DNA of 36,236 nt from an uncultured Staphylococcaceae bacterium (GTDB taxonomy: Bacteria; Bacillota_I; Bacilli_A; RFN20; CAG-826): contig CAYMRJ010000002.1 in NCBI GenBank assembly GCA_964392865.1, forward strand, positions 67,574-103,809, in the 5' to 3' direction. The first letter of the stretch is position 1. Every line of letters starts with the position of its first letter. Below, piece after piece: positions 26,180 through 33,698 of this stretch. The translations under genes were made by a program, and so were the position numbers. The notes beneath the pieces were generated by a model. That model was not told the DNA's origin. It ran no database searches and was given only the letters and a program-made list of their open reading frames with translations.

Positions 26180-27394
26180 ATGGATTCCAGCAAGCGCTCC
26201 GCCGCCCTCGAAATCAGCGACGAGAAAGCCAAGTTCCTGATCGGCACCTGTTCGGCCGGAGCCCCGGCCGTCCTTTTCTACGACGAAAGGATCTTGCCGC
26301 CCGGAACCGTCTCCGAAGGGGAGATCAAGGACGAGGAAACCTTGGCCAAGATCCTTTCGACCTTCAGAAACCTCCAGGACGAAGGCCTCCAGCTCAAGGT
26401 CGATACGACGAACGTCGCCATCGTCCTTCCGCCCATCGGCCTCTCCGTCTACCAGAATTCCAAATCGAGCCAGACGATCGGCGATAGCGTCGCCCAGATC
26501 GATATCGACAATGTCTTGTCCTTGCTCAATAGGGAAAAGCTCCCCGGCAATGCCGCCGTCGTCGACATCGTCCCCGATTTCTTCGCCGTCAATGGCGACC
26601 GCGACAAACCCACCTACTACAAGAACCCGCCGATCGGCGAAAAGGCCGAAAGCCTCAATATCCAAGCCAAGGTCTACGCCCTCCCCTCCGAGACCCTCAA
26701 TTCCTATAAGCGCGTGGTCTCTAGGGCCGGATTCCGTTCCTCGAGAACGGCAGTCAGCAGCTACCTCGAAGCCCAGATGCTGACCCTTGGCCAAGCCATG
26801 CCCCCGACCTGCTTCTACGTCGATATCGGGGCAAGGCTCACGGCCGTCTCCCTCATAAGCGAAGGCGCGGCCTATGGGAGCCTCGTCATCCGTAGCGGCG
26901 GGGCCGATATCGACGAGAAGATCTCAAATGCCCTTGGGATTCCCCTTGATTCCGCAAAGCAACTCAAGGAAGACTACGGCTACGATACCCGTGTCACCGC
27001 CTACCAGCCGCCGGTCTATCGCGATCGGGAACGGGGCATCCGCATCAGGCAAAGCGAACTGAACAAGATCTACGAAAGCCACTTCGAGGATTTCGGGATC
27101 TATGTGAATAACGCCATCAAGACCTTGGCCGAAAGGCAGGGGGCCGAGACGGCGAGGAACCTGACCGACGTCCCCATCGTCTTAGGCGGGGGCGGATCGA
27201 TGCTCTATGGCATCGAACGCCTGCTCGAGGCCCATCGGGGCAAAAGGCAATTGATACGCTATCTCCCGAAGGTCGTCGGGGCCTACGATGCCTCGATGGT
27301 CTCGCTATTGGGGATGATCATGATGAGCGGCTCCTATAGAGGAGCCCTAAGCGACGACGGGCACCGGATCGGGACCCTTAGCCGCGCGCAATAA
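26180..27394 (+). CDS. ftsA: Divergent cell division protein FtsA, 404 aa
   Basis: Directly upstream of ftsZ. Actin-fold motifs ALEISD, YVDIGARLT, GGADID...AKQLKEDYG and VLGGGGS; subdomain 1C-like VVDIVPDFFAVNG...NPPIG. Confidence 0.85.
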   Translation: MDSSKRSAALEISDEKAKFLIGTCSAGAPAVLFYDERILPPGTVSEGEIKDEETLAKILSTFRNLQDEGLQLKVDTTNVAIVLPPIGLSVYQNSKSSQTIGDSVAQIDIDNVLSLLNREKLPGNAAVVDIVPDFFAVNGDRDKPTYYKNPPIGEKAESLNIQAKVYALPSETLNSYKRVVSRAGFRSSRTAVSSYLEAQMLTLGQAMPPTCFYVDIGARLTAVSLISEGAAYGSLVIRSGGADIDEKISNALGIPLDSAKQLKEDYGYDTRVTAYQPPVYRDRERGIRIRQSELNKIYESHFEDFGIYVNNAIKTLAERQGAETARNLTDVPIVLGGGGSMLYGIERLLEAHRGKRQLIRYLPKVVGAYDASMVSLLGMIMMSGSYRGALSDDGHRIGTLSRAQ

Positions 27395-27423
27395 GCACAA
27401 GCAAGTAACGGAGGATTAGGGAT

Positions 27424-28518
27424 ATGAGCGATGATCTCGACAGCTTCGAACCCGTAGCCAAAATGGTCGTCATCGGGGTCGGCGGGGCCGGCAACAACGC
27501 CGTGAACCGCATGATCGACGACGAAATCCAAAACGTCGAATTCTACGTGGCCAATACCGATAAGCAGGCTCTTTCGACGAGCAAGGCTCCCAATCGGATC
27601 GTTTTGGGCGAATCGGTCACCAAGGGCCTGGGTGCCGGGGGCGACCCGAAGGTCGGCCGCGAGGCCGCCGAGGCCAGCGCCGACAAGATCAGGGAAATCT
27701 GCAGCGACGCCGACATGGTCTTCATCGCCGCCGGGATGGGCGGCGGGACCGGAACAGGCGCCGCGCCGGTCATCGCTTCCATTGCCAGGGAGTGCGGCGC
27801 CCTTAGCGTCGCCATCGTCACGCGCCCCTTCGGGCTCGAGGGCGAAAAGCGCATCGCCCAGTCGGTCGAAGGCCTTAGCAACCTCATGGATGCGGCCGAC
27901 GCCATCATCGTCGTGAGCAACGACAATCTCCTTAGGACGGCGGGGAATACCCCCATCAGCGAAGCCTTCAGGACGAGCGATAGCGTCTTGGCCCAAAGCG
28001 TCCGTACCGTCGCCGACTTGGTTTTGTTGCCCGGCCTCATCAATAGCGACTTCCGCGATGTCGGAAATATCCTTCGGGGCGCCGGGATCAGCCTCATCGG
28101 CTTTGGCCAGGGGAGCGGCCCCAAGAAGGCCGAACTCGCGGCCGAGACGGCTTTGAACAATCCGCTTCTCGAAGCCAAGATCACCGGGGCTAGGAGCGCC
28201 ATCTGCGCCGTGACCTGCGGAAACGGCGTCACTTTGTACGAAGCCCAGGATTGCGTGAACCGCGTGAAGCAGATGGCCGGGGGAGAACTCGATATCAAGT
28301 TCGCCGTTTCGATCAATAGCCAACTCGACGATACGATGCTTGTTTCCGTCATCGCTTCGCGCTTCGAAAACGGGGGCCGGGACTTGCTCCGCCCGATCGA
28401 ACCCGGGCTTGCTCCCGCGAGCGACATCCAGAAGGAAGAGCCGGATATGCCGAGCCAGCCGAGCGGCGCCGACGATATAGTCGAAAGCATCCTCCCGAAC
28501 TTCCTTTTCGATGACTGA
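27424..28518 (+). CDS. ftsZ: Cell division GTPase FtsZ, 364 aa
   Basis: VIGVGGAGNNAVNRM, NTDKQAL, GMGGGTGTG, T7 loop INSDFRD and C-terminal core ILPNFL. Confidence 0.98.
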   Translation: MSDDLDSFEPVAKMVVIGVGGAGNNAVNRMIDDEIQNVEFYVANTDKQALSTSKAPNRIVLGESVTKGLGAGGDPKVGREAAEASADKIREICSDADMVFIAAGMGGGTGTGAAPVIASIARECGALSVAIVTRPFGLEGEKRIAQSVEGLSNLMDAADAIIVVSNDNLLRTAGNTPISEAFRTSDSVLAQSVRTVADLVLLPGLINSDFRDVGNILRGAGISLIGFGQGSGPKKAELAAETALNNPLLEAKITGARSAICAVTCGNGVTLYEAQDCVNRVKQMAGGELDIKFAVSINSQLDDTMLVSVIASRFENGGRDLLRPIEPGLAPASDIQKEEPDMPSQPSGADDIVESILPNFLFDD

Positions 28519-28536
28519 AGATAGATAGACCGAACA

Positions 28537-31230
28537 ATGCCAGAAAAAGATCTTTTGCTGCCGAAGACCCCCTTCGAAATGCGGGGGAACCTCGCGACTA
28601 AGGAGCCCCTGCTCCTTTCGAAGTGGGAGAGTCTCGGCCTTTACGAAAAGATGAACGAGGGGAGGACCCTCGGGGAATACGTTTTGCATGACGGGCCGCC
28701 TTACGCCAATGGCGACATCCACTGCGGCCATATGCTCAATAGGCTTTTGAAGGACTTCGTCGTCCGCTACCGCAATATGGCGGGCTTTAAGACGCCTTTC
28801 GTCTTCGGCTTCGATACCCATGGGCTCCCGATCGAAGTCCAGCTCTCCAAGGCCGGTGTCGATAGGAAGAAGATGGGGACCGTCGAGTTCCGCAATAGAT
28901 GCGCCGAATACGCCAAGACCCAGGTCGCCCGCCAGATGGCCCAGATCAAGCGCCTCGGGGTCTTGGGCGATTACGAACATCCCTATCTCACCCTCGATAG
29001 AAACTTCGAAGCCAGCCAGATCGAAGTCTTCGGGGAGATGGCCATCAAAGGCTATATCTATAAGGGCGTGAAGCCCGTCTATTGGTCGCCTAGTAGCGAA
29101 TCGGCTTTGGCCGAGGCCGAGATCGATTACAAAGACGTCCCGGTCAAGACCATCTACGTCGCCTTCCCGATAAAGGACGGGAAGGGTTTATTGCCGGATG
29201 ATGCCAAGGCCGTCATCTGGACGACGACCCCTTGGACCATTCCTAGCAATCTCGCTATTACCCTCAATCCCCGCTTCGAATACGGGCTTTACGATACCGA
29301 TAAGGGGAAGCTCGTTTTCCTCGTTTCCCTTTGCGAGAAGTTGAAAGAAGAACTAGGCCTAAGCAAGGCCGAACTCATTGCTTCCTATAAGGGTAAGGAG
29401 TTGGAAGGCGTTATTGCCAGACATCCTCTTTACGATAGGGATTCGCCCTTCCTTCTTGCCGACTTCGTGACCGAAGATAGCGGGACCGGTTTGGTCCATA
29501 CCGCCCCCGACCACGGGGTCGACGATTTCAACGTCTGCTTCAAGTACGGCATCAAGCCTTTCTGCCCGGTCGACGAGAAGGGCGTCTTCCATAGCGATAT
29601 CGATCCCCGCCTCGACGGGAAGTTCTACGAGGACGTGAACGAAGAAGTCCTGAAGGAATTAGGAGAAGTAGGCGCCATCCTCGGGATGGAAGAACTCATC
29701 CATAGCTATCCCCATGACTGGCGGACCGGGAAGCCTTTGATTTTCAGGGCCACGCCCCAATGGTTCTGCTCGATCGAACCCATCAGGAAGAAGCTTTTGG
29801 AAGCCGTCGAAGAGATCCGCTGGGATCCGCCCTGGGGCAAAGGGAAGATGGCTAATATGATCGTCGATCGTAGCGACTGGTGCATCAGCCGCCAGCGCGT
29901 CTGGGGCGTCCCCATCCCCATCATCTATAACGAAGACGGCTCTCCCATCTTGGAGAGGGAAGTCTTCGCCCATATTGCCGAGATCGTCAGGAAAGAGGGT
30001 AGCGGCGCCTGGTTCGCCCTTTCGCCGAAGGAACTCTTGCCGGAAGGCTATACGAACGAAAAAAGCCCGAACGGGAATTTTACGAAAGAAACCGACATCA
30101 TGGATGTCTGGTTCGATAGTGGTTCCTCCTGGAACGGGGTCCTGAAGCAAAGGGGACTCAAGTATCCCGCCGATCTATATCTCGAAGGAAACGACCAGTA
30201 CCGCGGCTGGTTCAATTCGTCTTTGATCCTTTCGATCGCCACCACGGGAGAGGCGCCTTTCAAGGAATGCCTTACCCACGGCTGGGTCATGGACGAGAAC
30301 TGGCAGAAGATGAGCAAATCGAAGGGCAACGGCATCGATCCGAGTAGAGTCGCAAACGAAATGGGCGCCGATCTCTTGAGGCTATACGCCGCCTCCGTCG
30401 ACTATCGTAGCGACGTCAAGATGGGCGAGACGGCCATGAAGGCCGCCGCCGATGCCTATCGGAAGATCAGGAATACCTTCCGCTTCCTTTTGGGCAACCT
30501 CCAAGACGGCGATAAGCCCTATGTCCATGAGGAAAGGGAGTATGCCCATTCCTTGGCCGACAAGATGGTCCTATATCGCCTCCAGGAAGTGGTGAAGGAT
30601 TGCCTGAAGCGCTACGAGAAGCATGACTTCTCGGGCGTCAAAGACGCCTGCATGTCCTTCATGGTCGCCGATCTAAGCAATTTCTACCTCGATATCAGCA
30701 AAGACATCCTTTATTGCGATAAAGCTGATAGCGGGCGCCGCAAGGCCATCCAGGACGTCTTATACAAGGCTGCTTACGCCTTATGCCGTCTATTGAACCC
30801 CATCCTTCCTTTCACGATGGAAGAGGTCTATTCCTTCCTTCCGTTGGAAGGCAAGAAGGAATCGGTCCAGCTCGAGACCTTGCCCGATGGGGATTACGGA
30901 ATCGCCGAGGAGGTCGGTAAGTTCTACAAAGCCTTCCTCGCTCTGCGGGAAGAAGGAAACAAAGCCCTTGAAAAGGGCAGGGCCGACGGACTTTACGGAA
31001 GTTTCCTCGGGGCGGACTTGGAGATCGCTGTCAGCGATAAGGCCCTCTACGAGGCCTTGAAGGAAGCGGGCGATGAGGAATGTGCCCGCCTTTTCGGGGT
31101 CCATAAGGCCCTAATCAAAGAAGCGGGCGAAACGATCGCCAAGAAGGCCGAGGGGCAGGAGTGCCCCCGCTGCCGTAGGCTTTACGATGATCTAGGGCCT
31201 GAAGGCCTTTGCGATAGGTGCGCGGAATGA
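28537..31230 (+). CDS. ileS: Isoleucyl-tRNA synthetase (type 1), 897 aa
   Basis: HDGPPYANG-DIHCGH, IWTTTPWTIP, DWCISRQRVWG, KMSKS and C-terminal CPRC...CDRC zinc domain. Confidence 0.98.
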   Translation: MPEKDLLLPKTPFEMRGNLATKEPLLLSKWESLGLYEKMNEGRTLGEYVLHDGPPYANGDIHCGHMLNRLLKDFVVRYRNMAGFKTPFVFGFDTHGLPIEVQLSKAGVDRKKMGTVEFRNRCAEYAKTQVARQMAQIKRLGVLGDYEHPYLTLDRNFEASQIEVFGEMAIKGYIYKGVKPVYWSPSSESALAEAEIDYKDVPVKTIYVAFPIKDGKGLLPDDAKAVIWTTTPWTIPSNLAITLNPRFEYGLYDTDKGKLVFLVSLCEKLKEELGLSKAELIASYKGKELEGVIARHPLYDRDSPFLLADFVTEDSGTGLVHTAPDHGVDDFNVCFKYGIKPFCPVDEKGVFHSDIDPRLDGKFYEDVNEEVLKELGEVGAILGMEELIHSYPHDWRTGKPLIFRATPQWFCSIEPIRKKLLEAVEEIRWDPPWGKGKMANMIVDRSDWCISRQRVWGVPIPIIYNEDGSPILEREVFAHIAEIVRKEGSGAWFALSPKELLPEGYTNEKSPNGNFTKETDIMDVWFDSGSSWNGVLKQRGLKYPADLYLEGNDQYRGWFNSSLILSIATTGEAPFKECLTHGWVMDENWQKMSKSKGNGIDPSRVANEMGADLLRLYAASVDYRSDVKMGETAMKAAADAYRKIRNTFRFLLGNLQDGDKPYVHEEREYAHSLADKMVLYRLQEVVKDCLKRYEKHDFSGVKDACMSFMVADLSNFYLDISKDILYCDKADSGRRKAIQDVLYKAAYALCRLLNPILPFTMEEVYSFLPLEGKKESVQLETLPDGDYGIAEEVGKFYKAFLALREEGNKALEKGRADGLYGSFLGADLEIAVSDKALYEALKEAGDEECARLFGVHKALIKEAGETIAKKAEGQECPRCRRLYDDLGPEGLCDRCAE

Positions 31231-31850
31231 CCTTCAAGGAGCGCCTGAAGGCCTTTTGGACGAAGATAAAAGATAGCCGTTGGGCCATTTTTTGGAGCTT
31301 CGCTTGGATCGTGCCTCTTTTGGTCGCCTTGGACCAAGGGACCAAGTGGGCGGTGCAACTGAATCTCTACGAAGGCCAAAGGGTTACCGTCATCGAGAAC
31401 TTCCTCTATATCACCCTGACCTATAACGAAGGAAGCGCCTTCGGGATGGGATCCGGAAGCACCGTGATGAGGGTCATTTTCATCATCATTTCCTGGGTCA
31501 TGTCGGGCGTTTTGGGCTATGCCCTATGGCATTACCGGGGGAAGAACGACAAGTTCCTCAACTTCGTGTTGAGCCTCTGCTTGGCCGGGGCCATCGGGAA
31601 TCTCATCGATAGGACTTTCTATTTCGAATCGATTGTCGGCTTCAGCGGCGTCATCGACTTCGTCATGGTCTATCTCCAAGGCGGCCCGAGCGGTCCCAAT
31701 ATCTCGTATCTATCGCCTTTTCCCATCTTCAATGTCGCCGATATGTGCCTGACCATCGGGGTAATCCTCTTCATCGTCTGGATCATCGTCGGCTACGTGA
31801 AGGACAAGAAGGCGGAGAAGAAGGCGGATCTCGATGATACTTCGATCTGA
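31227..31850 (+). CDS. lspA: Lipoprotein signal peptidase II, 207 aa
   Basis: LDQGTK, YNEGSAFG, GAIGNLIDR, VIDF and FNVAD. ATGA overlap with ileS. Confidence 0.96.
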   Translation: MTFKERLKAFWTKIKDSRWAIFWSFAWIVPLLVALDQGTKWAVQLNLYEGQRVTVIENFLYITLTYNEGSAFGMGSGSTVMRVIFIIISWVMSGVLGYALWHYRGKNDKFLNFVLSLCLAGAIGNLIDRTFYFESIVGFSGVIDFVMVYLQGGPSGPNISYLSPFPIFNVADMCLTIGVILFIVWIIVGYVKDKKAEKKADLDDTSI

Positions 31851-32739
31851 GCAAAGCGATATCGGGCGCCGCCTCGACGAGTTCGTAAGCGAAAAGGCCG
31901 GCTGGCCAAGAGGCAAGGGCAACAAGGCCGTCAAGGACGGACTCGTTAAGGTAAATGGGTCTGTTATCGCCAAACCTTCATTTAGTTTGAAAGGGAACGA
32001 AGATATCGACGTCACGCGGCCCGAAGAACCGCTGACCGATCTGATTCCCGAGGATATCCCGCTCAACGTCGTTTACGAAGACGATGACATCTTGGTCATC
32101 AACAAGCCCCAAGGCTTGGTCGTCCATCCGGGGAACGGGGTTCCCAGTGGGACGATCGCCAACGCCTTGGCCTATCGCTATAAGAACTTAGCCGGCGATC
32201 CCCTTAGGCCCGGCATCGTCCACCGGATCGATAAGGACACGTCAGGCTTATTGGCCATCGCCAAGACACCTTTGGCCATGGAAGGCCTTGGCAGCCAGCT
32301 TAGTGACCACTCGATGCACCGGGAGTACATCGCCCTGGTCTATGGGCGGATCGGCGAGGAAGAGGCCAAGATCGACGCGCCTATAGCCCGGGACAACCGC
32401 AACCCCATGAAGTACCGCGTGGTCGGCGAAGGCGGGAAAGAGGCCATTACGTACCTGAAGGTAATCGAAAGGTTTAGAGACTATACGCTTATCAGGTGCC
32501 GTCTGCTGACGGGCCGGACCCATCAGATCAGGGTCCACCTCGAATACATCGGCCATCCGGTCATCGGGGATCCCTTGTACGGAGCCGGGAATAGGAAGCT
32601 ATACGACAAAGGCCAATTGCTCCATGCGGCCAAATTGGTCCTGAAACACCCGAAAACAGGGGAAGAAATGGCTTTTGAAGCGCCGCTTCCGGATTATTTC
32701 GAAGAGATCATAGGCGCTCTAAGATCCGAGCGTAGTTAG
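31834..32739 (+). CDS. RluA-family pseudouridine synthase (RluD-like, S4 domain), 301 aa
   Basis: RLDEFV S4-like N-terminus, INKPQGLVVHP, HRIDKDTSG and TGRTHQIRVH. Follows lspA as in many Bacilli. Confidence 0.95.
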   Translation: MILRSEQSDIGRRLDEFVSEKAGWPRGKGNKAVKDGLVKVNGSVIAKPSFSLKGNEDIDVTRPEEPLTDLIPEDIPLNVVYEDDDILVINKPQGLVVHPGNGVPSGTIANALAYRYKNLAGDPLRPGIVHRIDKDTSGLLAIAKTPLAMEGLGSQLSDHSMHREYIALVYGRIGEEEAKIDAPIARDNRNPMKYRVVGEGGKEAITYLKVIERFRDYTLIRCRLLTGRTHQIRVHLEYIGHPVIGDPLYGAGNRKLYDKGQLLHAAKLVLKHPKTGEEMAFEAPLPDYFEEIIGALRSERS

Positions 32740-33613
32740 AAAAGTTCAGCTTGGCTGTCTTATCGGGAGCATCGGGGTATGCGCCGAAGAAACTGACGGC
32801 GAAGTCCTCGATGTTTTTGTTTGCCCCTTGAGGTAGTTCGGTTCCGTACGAATTGCCGAGTTCCTCGAGTTTCCTAAGGAACTCATAGCGGGCCAGGACG
32901 CTGGCGGCCGCGACGGCCGGGTATTTGCTTTCGCCTTTGGTCGAAAACGAAATGTCGGTAAGAATTTCCTTCTCGCTTCCGAGATACGAGTAATAGGTCT
33001 TCGGGGCGCAGAATTGGTCGATGTAGACATGGGCCTCAGGGTACTTGGCCTTGAGGTTCAGGAGGGCACGGTTATGCATGGCGGCCTTGATGGCGTTCAT
33101 GTTCCTTTCCTTGTTCACGCGGTTGTAATCCTCGGGCGGGAGGTAGAGGAGGCTATAGGGGATGCGCCCGATGAGCATGGGAACGATTTCGAGGATCCTA
33201 TCGTCCTCCATGGCCTTGGAGTCCGTGATGCCGAGTTCTTTGAGGAAGGGGAGGTCATCTTTGGTGACGTAAGCGGCCGCCACGACGACGCCTCCGAAAA
33301 AGGAGCCGGTCCCGACCTCGTCGCTTCCAATCATCGGATAGAGGGCCTTTGGGGCTTTCGAGGTCTTAGAGGATGTCTTTTCTTCCAACTTTATTTTTTT
33401 GGCTTTTTGATTCCAGATGGCGGCTTCATTCTCGGCGTTCTTGCCTTGGAAGAGGAGTTTGGCGCCTTCATCGGCCTTGTAGATGGTCAAAACGAAGCCG
33501 TCGCCCTTGTAGCGGCCAAGCGAGTAGTCGGGCGCGGCCTCGTCCTTCTGGTCTTGGTAGAAGGAGAAGACCTCCTCGAGGGTGGCCTGGCTGACGATCA
33601 GGGTGACGTTCAT
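32708..33613 (-). CDS. rnhC: Ribonuclease HIII, 301 aa
   Basis: N-terminal TBP-like domain (LTIY...KLLFQG), IGSDEVGTG, ITDSK, IDQF and AVAAASVLAR. Its 3' end overlaps the RluA gene by 32 nt. Confidence 0.95.
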   Translation of the reverse strand: MNVTLIVSQATLEEVFSFYQDQKDEAAPDYSLGRYKGDGFVLTIYKADEGAKLLFQGKNAENEAAIWNQKAKKIKLEEKTSSKTSKAPKALYPMIGSDEVGTGSFFGGVVVAAAYVTKDDLPFLKELGITDSKAMEDDRILEIVPMLIGRIPYSLLYLPPEDYNRVNKERNMNAIKAAMHNRALLNLKAKYPEAHVYIDQFCAPKTYYSYLGSEKEILTDISFSTKGESKYPAVAAASVLARYEFLRKLEELGNSYGTELPQGANKNIEDFAVSFFGAYPDAPDKTAKLNFSNYARILERL

Positions 33614-33698
33614 GGGATAACTATAAGCCAAAGCACCCTCTATGAGGGAGGCAGGCCTCGATATATGGGCCATCCCTCGGGGTGATATAATCGCCCCG

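Noticed and set aside
27334-28980. 548-aa antisense ORF spanning ftsZ and the start of ileS
   Set aside because: Overlaps two unambiguous conserved genes on the opposite strand, with composition typical of a reverse-frame shadow.
32708-32739. Convergent 3' overlap of the RluA gene and rnhC
   Set aside because: Short tail-to-tail overlaps are common in compact genomes, and both genes are intact.
33614-33698. Overlapping N-terminal extensions of rnhC (33673) and mutS2 (33642) in the ORF track
   Set aside because: Family N-termini and -10 boxes support starts at 33613 and 33699, leaving an ordinary divergent promoter region.
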